Positions 1-10,411 are shown, numbered from the stretch's first letter. The stretch: DNA of 64,000 nt from an uncultured Chloroflexia bacterium (GCA_963726245.1 CAVSBT010000044.1:1-64000), one strand, 5' to 3'. Made by a program: numbers and translations. Notes: generated from the letters alone by a model not told the origin.

Positions 1-295
1 AGCACCCCTTCCCCGCCAATGACGGCGCGGCGTTGGACCGGCCCTCCCGGCTAGGGCAAAGCCCTACAATAAGAGGGGAAGTTCGACGGGGACGTACGCC
101 GCCGACGGCCTGGATGGGCGGGAGCGGCGCTGGCTGCGGCCGGCTTGAAGCAAGTGCCGCCCTCTTGCGGCTGTTTATGGGCTGCCCAGCCGATTACAGT
201 CTCAAGCGAACCTTTGGCTCGCTAGGAAGGATGGGTTCTGAGGCAACCCAGCATGTGAGCAACGACACCGGATTGCACCTGAAATCCGACCTACC

Positions 296-987
296 CTACA
301 CAAAAAACTCTGGCCGTCGCTGATCCCTCTGCTTGGCAACGCGTGAAACGATGGCGGCTGGCAATTCCATCCAGTCCTTCGCGTACAGCGCCACCAAATA
401 GAAGCTGAGAGCTGCCGAAACGGCTCGCTGCATTTCGACGACGGATTGCATGACCGCCTCGTCCTTCACCATAGACGGCAGGTCCGTTGGTCTTGGGATG
501 GTGTACGGCGACTGACCGTGGATGTGCGCCGAGAGTATGCGATAGAGCTTCGGCAGGGTGAGAGGCAGACGTCATCTATGAAATGGATTCTGCTCGCCAA
601 ATCTCGGCTCTGTTCACTGTGATACTTGCGCACTTCAGCCGGAAGCCTGAAGCCGTCGCCAGTATTCCTAACACGCTCCCACTCTACCGGGTGATCCTTG
701 AAGAACGTGTACGCCAGCGTTAGCTCGATTTCCTGCCGAATAGCGGCAAGAGATGATCGGGCTAGTCCCATTGCGGAATAGGCGACAGCTTCCAGCACAG
801 ATGCTTGGATTCCGTCCAGCAGTTCATTGGCGGTTCCGTTACGTGTTGTCCGGAAGTGCTGAAGCCAGTCGGTAACGTCCTGGACAGCAACGACCATCTG
901 GTCGAGCTGAGTATGCCCCCGGTTTGCCCCGAACTGCGCTACTTCAACGATTAGCTGGTCAAGTTCGGCATGTGGGTCAGACGCCAT
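296..987 (-). CDS. HEPN-like helical protein (frameshift near 570)
   Basis: ORF 466..987 continues after a frameshift in another frame as ...LPKLYRILSAHIHGQSPY...PEFFV* (stop 296-298). The Y-x-x-L-S-x-x-I-H pattern is typical of HEPN-superfamily proteins. Confidence 0.5.
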
Positions 988-1429
988 GTTTCAGGGACCA
1001 ACTGGCATCGGGGCCGTGATGTGCCATCTGACTCCTAATCTGGTGCGCCGCAGTGAGGACATTGGCCGCGCCGTACTCGGCAAACAGCCGTCTCACACCT
1101 GCTAGGAAGGCGGTTTTGTCCGGCAGCATCTTATCCCGCCCGAGTGCGTCTGATAGCAGTTCCAGAGCTTGTCTGACGGTCAACCCGGATTCGTGACGCA
1201 GCAATCGAGCCACTTCAGCCACGGGCGCGTCATCTTCTGTCGCATCGACTGCTGCCCTTGGTGAGGTCTTGGCGGTCCGCGACTCCATCAGAAGAGACCG
1301 AATCTTCTCGACATTCGCCTGGCTGTCTCTCCACCCGCCAGTCGAAAGCCAATGCTCGAACTCCTGGCGTTCCCTTGGCGAAACGTCGGGATCCGCGAGC
1401 AGGAGCAGAAAGCGCTGCTTGAGATTCAT
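977..1429 (-). CDS. hypothetical protein, middle gene of ParA operon
   Basis: 150-aa ORF overlapping both neighbours. Confidence 0.7.
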   Translation of the reverse strand: MNLKQRFLLLLADPDVSPRERQEFEHWLSTGGWRDSQANVEKIRSLLMESRTAKTSPRAAVDATEDDAPVAEVARLLRHESGLTVRQALELLSDALGRDKMLPDKTAFLAGVRRLFAEYGAANVLTAAHQIRSQMAHHGPDASWSLKHGV

Positions 1430-2310
1430 GGGACTCCCATCATAGTAGCGAGTTCATTCATGACTAGACGGATCTGTCCTCGAAGAATATCGCTATATGG
1501 CCCGCTCCTGTCGGTAGGAAAGCCACCTCCTAGGATATGTGCTGTAAGGTGCTTCGATTCTCGAACTACATTCGCCAAAGTCCGAGGGCCGTAGAAGCTG
1601 TTTGATCGCAACTGAGCGACCACATCTAGCGACTGGCCGTGTGTCGCGATTTCATTGACAACGATGGATAGCTCCGGCTGTTTGCCGAGGGTGGCCAGCC
1701 CATGCATGAAATCGACAATCATGTCGAGCCCGAGAATTGAGTATCGATCCGGCCGAACAGGGATCAGCAGATTCGTAGCAACCTCGACCGCGGTTCTTGT
1801 CATGAAGGAACTTGCGGGATTGCAGTCGAGGACAACGATGTCGTAGGCCTCGCGTGCAGATTGGATAAAAGCGCGAAAGCGCGCCGCTCGCACGTTAAGA
1901 CTACTTGCGGAAGTAAGGAGATTGATGGCAGCGGTCTGGAAGTTCCCAGCCAGGAGGTCTATGTCCACTCTTCCTGCGCCTGTCCTCGTCGACCGAAGGG
2001 GATGTACGTAGGATTCGACCGGGCCTGGGGACGTTACGTCCTCGTCGGAGACTTGAAAGACTGTGGTGGGAGCCGGCGGGGTCAGCACATGCCACGAGGT
2101 CTTCCCTGAAGCCTGCAGATCGTCGTAGTCAGATTCGCTGACCAAGAGTTGCGTGAGGTTGTACTGCGGGTCGAAGTCGATGAGAAGGACCCGACGCCCC
2201 TTAACCTTGTGCATTTCCCGAAAGATCGCAGCCGTCAACGTGGTCTTGCCAACACCGCCCTTCATGTTTAGAACGGCCACAACCGGACTTGGACGCCCTG
2301 CAGGTGCCAT
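1426..2310 (-). CDS. ParA/Soj-family ATPase
   Basis: Deviant Walker A KGGVGKTT, LIDFDPQYN and DIVVLDCNP motifs. Confidence 0.9.
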   Translation of the reverse strand: MAPAGRPSPVVAVLNMKGGVGKTTLTAAIFREMHKVKGRRVLLIDFDPQYNLTQLLVSESDYDDLQASGKTSWHVLTPPAPTTVFQVSDEDVTSPGPVESYVHPLRSTRTGAGRVDIDLLAGNFQTAAINLLTSASSLNVRAARFRAFIQSAREAYDIVVLDCNPASSFMTRTAVEVATNLLIPVRPDRYSILGLDMIVDFMHGLATLGKQPELSIVVNEIATHGQSLDVVAQLRSNSFYGPRTLANVVRESKHLTAHILGGGFPTDRSGPYSDILRGQIRLVMNELATMMGVP

Positions 2311-2428
2311 TAGCTAGACCGGCGGAATGAAGAGATGTGTCGCCACAATGCAGAAGCCTCTTCTCTCGGTGCGGCGAACCTATTCATGGTTGGACGGCCA
2401 ATAAAGGCCGCAACGGGGTGCCCTTACC

Positions 2429-2473
2429 TCACCACTGCACGAACATCGGCATGGCGCTTCGACGGTGATAAAC
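2429..2473. mobile_element. left att junction of dnaN-integrated element (displaced original dnaN 3' end plus attP arm)
   Basis: Reverse complement of 2429-2452 = ATG CCG ATG TTC GTG CAG TGG TGA (MPMFVQW*), the same peptide as the dnaN end at 22493-22516. GGTGATAAAC (2464-2473) is the inverted repeat of GTTTATCACC (22488-22497). Confidence 0.9.
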
Positions 2474-2555
2474 CTGGTGTGCCAGGGGTCCCGCTCCGTG
2501 CCACTGTTGCTCTTCGATGAACGTGGACGAGAGAGAAGCCGAAACTGAGGGCCGC

Positions 2556-2600
2556 AGCCCCTGGCGGGACTCGAACCGCCGATCTGCGGTTTGCGAATCC
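2556..2600 (-). pseudogene. degenerate 3' half of a tRNA (possibly Thr); likely an old att remnant
   Basis: Reverse complement GGATTCGCAAACCGCAGATCGGCGGTTCGAGTCCCGCCAGGGGCT: anticodon-like loop, T-loop GGTTCGAGTCC, acceptor 3' strand; no 5' half. Confidence 0.6.
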
Positions 2601-2719
2601 TCAACCTGCCTTCGGGACGGCCAACGAAGAATGTACGAATCAGACGGACAAAGTCACCTAGCTAGGCCTGCTGATCCAGTGTTCACACTGCACGCCATTG
2701 GATGCCCCTTCGCCCTCTG

Positions 2720-3157
2720 CTAATCCCTGTTTCGCCCAGATGTAGAGTCAAGTGGCGGCCGATCCAGCAGAAGAAACCGGTAGTCGTTCTGAAGCACGCT
2801 CTCTAGCTTCAACGCCTCGGCTTCATCTGTGGTCTCGACATAGTCGAAGTAGAGTCTAGAGATTGGGACCACACGCTCGAAACGCCACTTTGCGAACTCC
2901 ACACCAGCCTTATGCCGTGAGCGTCGTCCGCGTGCTGCGCGGCGGAAATCGTTGAGTCGCCGCTCGAGGTCCACCGACTTCCCAATGTGCAGTATCCCAA
3001 GGGGATCGACGCCGCCAAGCCGGCAGATGGGCATGGGCAGACCTTCTTCGCCGAAAGCACGCACCCGGTAGACGCCGGGCTTTCGGCCCACAAATGGTCC
3101 CCTGGGCGTCCCAAACACGGGATAGGTTCGAGACCAGCTCAGGCCTTCGTCCTTCAT
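2720..3157 (-). CDS. GIY-YIG-like nuclease
   Basis: KPGVYRV...ILHIGKSVDLERRL motif, later LESVL. Confidence 0.65.
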   Translation of the reverse strand: MKDEGLSWSRTYPVFGTPRGPFVGRKPGVYRVRAFGEEGLPMPICRLGGVDPLGILHIGKSVDLERRLNDFRRAARGRRSRHKAGVEFAKWRFERVVPISRLYFDYVETTDEAEALKLESVLQNDYRFLLLDRPPLDSTSGRNRD

Positions 3158-3238
3158 CTAGTCATCATGAGTAAGGCTACTCCAAGCTGACAGACAGGGG
3201 GGATGTGTCTCGGGAGACCTTCAGCCCCTGGGTACGCC

Positions 3239-6200
3239 TCACTCCTCCTCAAACCCGGCGCTGTCGAACTTGAGGGTGCGGGCGTTCTCAGTCACGGTTC
3301 TCACGACATCGTCCGGCACGCCCTCGTCAACCCGAGCGCGGATATCAAGGGTGACTTCGACATCAGAACCGACCAGCCCGTCCAGGTGAGCCACCACCTC
3401 CTCGCCGATTCGGCCGGCACCGGAGCTCAGCTTCAGCGGATCCAGGTGAACGGTACCATAGAAGCGCTTGGGCCTCGAGGGAGCCTTGGGTTCACCGGGT
3501 TCCTCGGGCGGGCGTTTTGGCTCTCCCGCCTTGTCGGGGGGCTTCTCCACTTTGGCTACCTGCTCGGCGGCCACCTCCGGTCTCACCACTACGCTCGTGT
3601 CGTCGAAGTACACGCTCGGCGCGGGCTCACCAAATGATAGGCCCTCGTACCTGCCATCGGGCGCGACGCTGGTTGCGTATCCAAAGAAGTCCTTGGTTCG
3701 CACTCCAGCCTTGATGGTCTCCAGGAGAACCCCATGGTCACGAAGGCGGGGGAGGTAGCAGTAGGTGGCGAAGTACTCCCAGAGCTGCTTAACCCCAACG
3801 TGGGGCTGGCCCTCCTTCCACAGGTACTTGTCGAGCTCGCGGCGCAGGTGGGTGGGCGACCAGCTGGTGATCAGGTGCTCGTCGGCCTGGAGGCGGTGGC
3901 TTGCCCTTTGCGCGATGGAGCCAATCGACGCCAGGCCCGTGTCCAAGGGCAGAGCCTCCCAATGAAGAGGGTTGGTCCCTTCTTGCGTGGGGACCAGGGC
4001 CCACTTGTAGGCGCCGTCAACCTGGGCGGCTACTGTCCTGTCGGCCGCGTCTTCAGAGTCCTTGGCTTGCTTCTCTTGGGGCTTGTCCAGGTTCAGGACC
4101 GCAGCATCGGCGACGATGGACTTCCAAGCCAAGTAGCGCCGGACCTCGGCGAGCAGGTTGGTGACGGCGTCGTCATCGGCGGCGGCGAAGACGAGCATGT
4201 TCCTGTACCTTCGTGGCACGGTGCCCCGCGCGTCGAGTATGTCCTGCGCCGCTTTGACGGCGTCGCTGGCCTCGTCGTTGGTGCCGCGCTTGTGGGCGTT
4301 CCGGGGCGAGAGGATCACAAGCCGCGCTTCCGGCTCGTCCGGAACGTCGGCGCCGCTGGGAGGGCAGACGTGGGCGCCCGCGAACTCGCCGCGCTCGCGC
4401 TTCTGGGCAAGGCGCCGCTCCACCTCGGCATACACCTCATCGTCGCTGATCTTCGAAGAGCGGTCGCGGACGGTAAAGACCAGGTTGGGCGGCACATCGA
4501 GCCAGAAGCGGCCCTGTCCGGTGGTGTACAGGTGACTCAGCCGCTGCTGAAGCCGTCCCAGCGCGTCAGCATAGGTGGAGATAGACTCTCCTGGCTGGAC
4601 CACTCCCAGCTTGATGCGAACGTCCTCGATTCCCTTGGTCGTCTTGGCGGGCACGCTGCCCAAAAAGACGGTGCGCGTCACCCGTTGGGCCGCCTGCACC
4701 CGCCCGAAGCGCTCGTTCTCCTGGTCAACCCGCACGGGCTCCGAATCCTCTCCGTCCACGTCAGTGTCGATCACCGAGTTCCACTGCTCACCTAGATAGC
4801 GCGTGAGCTCGTCACGCACAGGCGAGGCATAGATGGGAACCGACCCAGGCATGATCAGGGGCGCCTCGTCCCCCTTACTCCACAGCTCATGGATGACAGC
4901 CGCCATGAGCCGGAGAACTCCCCTCGTGCGCTGGAACCGCTCCAGAGTGCTCCAGTCCTCGTAGAGGCGGTCGAAGACCTCGGGATGGATGGGGTAGCTG
5001 GCCTTCATCCGCTCCACATACCGCGGCTCACGAGCCTCGGTGGGGAAGTCGTTCGGGTTCAGGCGGCAGAGGCGCCCGAACTCTTCACACGTCTCGTCGC
5101 GCGCGGCCTCATCGCGCAGATCCTGGAAGAGGCGCCGACGCACGACTTCGAAGGCCTCCAGGGCCCCCACCGGCTGCCAGGGACGGCTGAGCCGACCAAT
5201 AATGTGCTCCACCTGCTCGGCTATCCTGGCGCCGCTCTCGTCTCCATACTCCATGCGAGACTCAGGGATCGCGACCACGAGCAGGGCCGTCGGGACCTGC
5301 TTGACGGCCTCGGTGAGGTTCTGGAGGAATGTGATGTTCTTGTTGTAGTCCCCGGCCGGCAGGTTTGATACGCCCTTGATGTTGCGGAGGAAGGCGACCA
5401 GCTCATCGATGAGAATGACGCAGGGCCCGACCTGCTTGAACAGGCGTGCCAGGTCGCCGCTGCCCGGGGCGGTGCCTTTGGCGTCGTCCTCCTGCACGAT
5501 GCGGAAGGCATCAAAGGGCTTGGGCTCGCCGAGCTGACAGGCCATCTCGCCCCAGAGCGTCCTGACCTCTATCCCCAGTCCGGCCAGCTCACGCATGGGT
5601 TTGGCTGGGCTCATGGCCGTGCCCACCAGGGCGGCGACGCGAGCAGCGGGCATCGATTTCAGCCGAGCGTCGTCCAGCAGCCGACTAATGTCAGGCATGT
5701 CCGACAAGCTGTCGCCAGCTTGAACGAGGTGGTAGAGGGCGAGGAGTGTGTGGGTCTTGCCGCCGCCGAACGCAGTCTTGAGGTCGATGACGGGCTCGCC
5801 GCCCTTGGCGTCCAGCCGCTCCAGGGCGTTGCACAAAAGGTGCGCCATGTCAGGTGTGACGTAAGTGCGGCGGAAGAACTCCCTGGAGTCCTGGTACTCG
5901 GGCTCCGCCGTACCCGCCACCACCTGGGCCAGGTCGGCGGCGAACTCGGCCTGGACGTAGCGACCGCTCTGCACGTCCGGGTGCGGAGCGATCACGTCCC
6001 GCCAGGGGGCAAGGCCCCTCGGCGAGCGCCCTGGCGGGACAGCCTGCCGCTCCTTCGGCCGGGTAACAGGCCTCGGCTCCCGCCCCTCGTCGATAGCGCG
6101 CCAGATCTCTTGGATTTGTGCCGCGGCCTCCCCATCGAAGGACTGGACCACCAGTCGGCAGGTGTCCACGAAGCGGCCAGCTGGCTGGCGCTCGACATCC

Positions 6201-6574
6201 CCGCTGGCCCAGTGAGCGAGGTCATTGCGGGCGTTGGTGACCTCCCCAATCCAGCCGTCGAGCACGGCCTTGTCCCCCAGGGCGGCCTTGAACACGCGGC
6301 TCCAGTTGCCCTCGATGATGGTGCGGAAGTGGGCGATGTCCAGCATGTCGGCCATCTCCCGGACGTTGGTGGGGACAGCGCTCTTCTTCGTCTGGCGCTG
6401 GTTGAAGAGCTCGTCCAGCCGGATGAGCTCCTCCCCCTTGAAATGTTTGGCTACCCCCTGGGGCCACCAGAGCGCCTCGCCGTACGCCTCCTCGAGCTTT
6501 GTCTTGACGAACTTCCGCATCGCCTCCCGGTAGATGCGCAGGGCGTCCATCATGAGGGCATAGTTGCTGGCCAT
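3239..6574 (-). CDS. DUF499 AAA+ ATPase with N-terminal Swt1-like HEPN domain
   Basis: ARNDLAH (Rx4H) N-terminus; PWRDVIAPHPDV..AEFAADL; Walker A FGGGKTH; Walker B ILIDE; YPIHPE; FQRTRGVLRL. Confidence 0.92.
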   Translation of the reverse strand: MASNYALMMDALRIYREAMRKFVKTKLEEAYGEALWWPQGVAKHFKGEELIRLDELFNQRQTKKSAVPTNVREMADMLDIAHFRTIIEGNWSRVFKAALGDKAVLDGWIGEVTNARNDLAHWASGDVERQPAGRFVDTCRLVVQSFDGEAAAQIQEIWRAIDEGREPRPVTRPKERQAVPPGRSPRGLAPWRDVIAPHPDVQSGRYVQAEFAADLAQVVAGTAEPEYQDSREFFRRTYVTPDMAHLLCNALERLDAKGGEPVIDLKTAFGGGKTHTLLALYHLVQAGDSLSDMPDISRLLDDARLKSMPAARVAALVGTAMSPAKPMRELAGLGIEVRTLWGEMACQLGEPKPFDAFRIVQEDDAKGTAPGSGDLARLFKQVGPCVILIDELVAFLRNIKGVSNLPAGDYNKNITFLQNLTEAVKQVPTALLVVAIPESRMEYGDESGARIAEQVEHIIGRLSRPWQPVGALEAFEVVRRRLFQDLRDEAARDETCEEFGRLCRLNPNDFPTEAREPRYVERMKASYPIHPEVFDRLYEDWSTLERFQRTRGVLRLMAAVIHELWSKGDEAPLIMPGSVPIYASPVRDELTRYLGEQWNSVIDTDVDGEDSEPVRVDQENERFGRVQAAQRVTRTVFLGSVPAKTTKGIEDVRIKLGVVQPGESISTYADALGRLQQRLSHLYTTGQGRFWLDVPPNLVFTVRDRSSKISDDEVYAEVERRLAQKRERGEFAGAHVCPPSGADVPDEPEARLVILSPRNAHKRGTNDEASDAVKAAQDILDARGTVPRRYRNMLVFAAADDDAVTNLLAEVRRYLAWKSIVADAAVLNLDKPQEKQAKDSEDAADRTVAAQVDGAYKWALVPTQEGTNPLHWEALPLDTGLASIGSIAQRASHRLQADEHLITSWSPTHLRRELDKYLWKEGQPHVGVKQLWEYFATYCYLPRLRDHGVLLETIKAGVRTKDFFGYATSVAPDGRYEGLSFGEPAPSVYFDDTSVVVRPEVAAEQVAKVEKPPDKAGEPKRPPEEPGEPKAPSRPKRFYGTVHLDPLKLSSGAGRIGEEVVAHLDGLVGSDVEVTLDIRARVDEGVPDDVVRTVTENARTLKFDSAGFEEE

Positions 6575-6595
6575 GGCATGTCTCTCCAGTTGAGG

Positions 6596-9463
6596 TTACG
6601 CGAGGGGGGCCTGGGTCTCCTGCGCCAGCCGCGCCGCCTGCTTTACGATCTCCGGCCAGCTAGCGACGAGGGCATTGTACCCCAGCGCGGGCTCAGCCCA
6701 GCCCTTACGGTCGCAGATGTCATAGAGGCGGTAGGCCAGGTCCCGCGCCTGGTCCGCCAGGCCGCCGAGCCGACGGGCCAGCCGGGCGGCACCCTGCTCA
6801 CCGCTCTGGTCCAGGGCGGCGATGAGGTAGTGGCAGGCCTCCCACACCGTCGGGCGGCGGTCCGTTACCGGATCGTAGGCCTCCACAGTCTCTTCATAGT
6901 AGGCTAAGGGCTTGAGCTTCATTTTGCCGCCCTTGGCCTCGAGGATGCCATCTCGAGCCATAGCGTCAACGCCGATGCCCTTCGCGCGGGCGAGCACGTC
7001 CGCCTCCCCGTAGGGGCCCTCGCTGAAGCCGTGCTGCTCGACCCATCGGGCGCAGAACTGGGTGTCCGGGTCCAGGTCCCCTTCCTGCTCCGTGAGGTAG
7101 TCCTCGATGGCGCGATTGATGAGCTGGAGGGCGGCGCGAACGGACATGGCCTCGCCACTGGCTTCCAGCACCTTGCTGTAGCTGGAGAAGACGGCCATGC
7201 CGGGCCCGATGGCGGCCTGAGCCAGGTCCACGGGGGCGATATGGCCACCCATGAGGTGCCGGAGCGCCTTGGGCAGCTCCTCCCGCAGCCCTTGCACGAA
7301 CTCTTTCCGCGTGGCAATGGGAGCGTCCTCCCGCCGCGGCCGGCATGCCAGGACGACGGCTGACGCCAGGGCGTTGGTTGCGCGCGCGACGTTCCTAGTA
7401 CCCATCTCGGTTCGCACGGGCCAGGTGCCCGTGACCCGAAATCCAGCTCCTAGCAGGCCGCGCAGCATCGTCTCCCAGGCGCTAGAGGTGGCCAGGACAC
7501 CACCGTCGCCGCCGTCCTCCTCCTCGCGCTGCTTGAAGGCGTAAATGACGGAGACCGGGTACTCGCGATGGGCCCGCTCGCGGAGCAGTGTGAAGGCCTT
7601 GTGGAGCCCTTCCTCGAAGTGGCGCTCCGCCGCCTTCTTGTCGCCGCCGAACCGGTAGGGGGTGGCCACCAGCTCCGGCCCCTTGGGCGTGAGGACCGTG
7701 GCGAAGAGGTCGGGGTAGAGCCGGCCCAGCGTGCAGCGGAGCCAGACGTAGAAGAAGTCGGACAGATCAGCATAGCCAATGTTGTCATAGTATGGAGGGT
7801 CCGTGGCCACGAGGCAGCCAGGAACATCGTGCATGTGCGACGCGGCATCGAATTGGCCGATGATCGCCTGGAGGCCGTCTGGTGGCAGGTACTCAAGTGT
7901 AGCCGCTAGTGTGTTACAGACTGTTTCTATGCTACCGACTGACTCGCTGAATGGATTCACTTCAGCATAGTCCCACGTCATTGGGAGAGCTTGCCTGGCG
8001 AATGTAACCCGGACAGTTGCCACCCTCGCCGATCTCCCGCTTGCGGTGCGGTTCGAAGTCGGGCAGACGTCCCAGGTAGCGATGGTTGAACCTTTGTCGG
8101 CTAGCTTGCTAAGGGTGAAGGCCAGGTATGTAGCGACGGCGTCTGCGTAGGCCGTGGCGCCGGTGCCGCCCTCGGCGATGCCTACACCATCGTCGGGAAA
8201 ACCAGCCTGGCAGGCGTGCTCCAGGGCCAGGGCCCGCGCCTCGCCGACAAGGTCGCTGAACTTGGTGAGCACCACTAGCTGCCGGGGGGTGAAGAGGTCC
8301 GCGAAGGTGGTGAGGCCGTAGTTAGGAGTCTTGAAGTCCCGCGGATTATGAGGGAGCTGGACTTCGTCCAGGAACGATGGCGTGCTCTGGACCCATTCCT
8401 GGTCAACACGGCCGAAGGAACGGTACCCTCGTGCCCGTTCTCCTTCGGTAACGACGGCCATCGGCCCTACGCCCAGACCGTGGCGTCTGCCCCAAGATCG
8501 CACGTGGTCGAAAGCAACCGGACTTCCGCACACTACACACCTAGCGCCCTTGCGATTGACCGTCCCCTCAATACTTGGTTTGCCGCCCGTTCGTACTTCG
8601 AATCGCACCGTCTTTGCTTCCCGGTCCACGACCGGGTCCACCCAGGCCTCTTTGCCCTTCATTCTCGAGAGCCAGAAGGAGCGCACCAGGGGCATCTGGG
8701 CGCCGCAGGCCGGGTTGGGGCACTTCACGGTTCTCGCCCACAGCCAGGCGATGACGGTCTCGCCGTTGGGCCCCTTCGGGTACAGGTGGCCTATCCGCTC
8801 CCAGGCGCGGTCGCGCATCCACTTGCCGTACCAGCGTACGTCGGCGGCCAGGCCGGCGGCGCCCTTCCAGGCCGTGCCCTGCCCCATCTGCTTGCGGGCG
8901 TCTGGGTTCACCGGCGGCCGCCCCGCGAACTTAGGCGGGATCTCTACCAGGGCCTTGGTGATGAGGACGGCCACGGGGTTCAGCTCGCTGGCGTAGACAT
9001 CCAGCCCCAGGCGCTGACCCTCGAGAGGGATGGAGCCGCCTCCGCAGAAGGGGTCGAGCAGCGGCGGCGGATTGCCGTCGGTGGCGGCCCGGATCAGCTC
9101 CCGGGCGGTGCCGATCACGGTCTCGTTGGTCGTGTTCTCCCACTTCACCAGCTTGCCGATGAACTCGAATAGCCGGCCCCGGCGCTGCTCGCCCGTGGAC
9201 AGGGCATCCCAGTCGATAGGCAGCGGGTCAGGCGCCGGCAGCCGGTCGATGGCCTCCAGCAGCTCCTTTGGGCAGCCCTCGCTCTCGGGGTCGTCCACCA
9301 GTGAGGCGAAGATGACGGCTCGACAGGTGGCCAGGGGCCGGCGGGCCCACCACAGGTGCATGGTGGACGGGTGCCCATGGCGTATCGACTTCTCGCGGGC
9401 GCTCTCGGCGTTGATGGCGTCCAGCGGCAGGGCAACCTCGATGAGCTTCTTGCGAGTGGTCAT
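6596..9463 (-). CDS. DUF1156 DNA amino-methyltransferase
   Basis: KKLIEVALPL, LWWARRPL, motif I DPFCGGG, motif IV DPPYY; ATG at 9463 overlaps the upstream stop. Confidence 0.92.
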   Translation of the reverse strand: MTTRKKLIEVALPLDAINAESAREKSIRHGHPSTMHLWWARRPLATCRAVIFASLVDDPESEGCPKELLEAIDRLPAPDPLPIDWDALSTGEQRRGRLFEFIGKLVKWENTTNETVIGTARELIRAATDGNPPPLLDPFCGGGSIPLEGQRLGLDVYASELNPVAVLITKALVEIPPKFAGRPPVNPDARKQMGQGTAWKGAAGLAADVRWYGKWMRDRAWERIGHLYPKGPNGETVIAWLWARTVKCPNPACGAQMPLVRSFWLSRMKGKEAWVDPVVDREAKTVRFEVRTGGKPSIEGTVNRKGARCVVCGSPVAFDHVRSWGRRHGLGVGPMAVVTEGERARGYRSFGRVDQEWVQSTPSFLDEVQLPHNPRDFKTPNYGLTTFADLFTPRQLVVLTKFSDLVGEARALALEHACQAGFPDDGVGIAEGGTGATAYADAVATYLAFTLSKLADKGSTIATWDVCPTSNRTASGRSARVATVRVTFARQALPMTWDYAEVNPFSESVGSIETVCNTLAATLEYLPPDGLQAIIGQFDAASHMHDVPGCLVATDPPYYDNIGYADLSDFFYVWLRCTLGRLYPDLFATVLTPKGPELVATPYRFGGDKKAAERHFEEGLHKAFTLLRERAHREYPVSVIYAFKQREEEDGGDGGVLATSSAWETMLRGLLGAGFRVTGTWPVRTEMGTRNVARATNALASAVVLACRPRREDAPIATRKEFVQGLREELPKALRHLMGGHIAPVDLAQAAIGPGMAVFSSYSKVLEASGEAMSVRAALQLINRAIEDYLTEQEGDLDPDTQFCARWVEQHGFSEGPYGEADVLARAKGIGVDAMARDGILEAKGGKMKLKPLAYYEETVEAYDPVTDRRPTVWEACHYLIAALDQSGEQGAARLARRLGGLADQARDLAYRLYDICDRKGWAEPALGYNALVASWPEIVKQAARLAQETQAPLA

Positions 9464-10015
9464 GGCAGATCCTGCACAGTCTCCCTCAGTCGCACGAGGC
9501 AACGCTGCAGACTATCCGACGATTGAGCGGCTATCTCCGGCCGCCACAGCTCGACAAATTCGATCATGCGCGAAGTGTAGGCCGGCCCGACTGCCCGGCC
9601 GCTTTCAGGGCGTGGCACCATGTCGTCACGGATTCTCTCTCCTTCGGGAATGTCTGGCAAGCTCGACCAGCCGTTGTTTCGGGTTGTCCAGGGTCTCAGG
9701 ACTTTGGGGAACCCGGGAGCGCGCGATGCTAAGGAAGCGGGCAATCTGCTCGCGGTCCGCCAGCAACCAGGCCTCGACCTCTCGTACCGCCACTCGGAAG
9801 CACATGTAGGGCGCGGGGTCGGGCATCCATGCCGCCCTCATTAGAGAGGCACATGCAGCATCATTGTTCAGGTCTACCAGGATTACCCACGGCCTGAGCC
9901 GCGCTGCCTGGTTGTAGCTCCCTAACCGCCTGTGAAGATCTCCCTTCCCGGTCTTGCCGTAAACCGACCCAGAGGTGGCCCCAACGCGTCGCACGAGGCC
10001 CGCCGCCACGCCCAA
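9460..10015 (-). pseudogene. DUF4276/Toprim-like protein, N-terminus apparently lost, frameshift near 9635
   Basis: VILVDL..AC..FRVAVREVEAWLLAD, then DDMVPRPESGRAVGPAY...SDSLQRC in another frame; the usual N-terminal VEG motif is absent. Confidence 0.6.
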
Positions 10016-10049
10016 GAGGAGTGCCAGCTTGCGCCGCTGAGCCTGGTCC

Positions 10050-10393
10050 TAGACCTGCCCCGCCGGAAGGCCCGCCGTCCTCGGACGGGTTCGCCCCGGG
10101 GGGAGGAGATTGCCGAGGCAGTGGGGACACGTCTCCGAGAAGGCATCCAACTGCGGTGGCGGGAGCTGCGATCTGTAGAACTCGTCCTGGAGGAGGTCGC
10201 AGGAGAGTTCGACGGGGAGGCCCCCACCCGGCCATGGGAACGGGAGGCCCTCGACGACGGCAAGACCAGGCTCGAGGAACTGCACCGCGCGGCCCAAGCC
10301 TACGTTGGGCCGTTCAAGCTGCCGGGGCCCGACGAGGAAGAGATGGAGCAAGTCAGGGAGGTCATACGGCGGGAGGGAGAGCCTTGGAGGTGA
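10050..10393 (+). pseudogene. C-terminal remnant of an unknown helical protein
   Basis: Protein-like 3' part of ORF 9932..10393 (EEIAEAVG...EVIRREGEPWR*), no convincing start; abuts the truncated gene on the opposite strand. Confidence 0.4.
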
Positions 10394-10411
10394 GCTCAGT
10401 CGGACTCCCAA

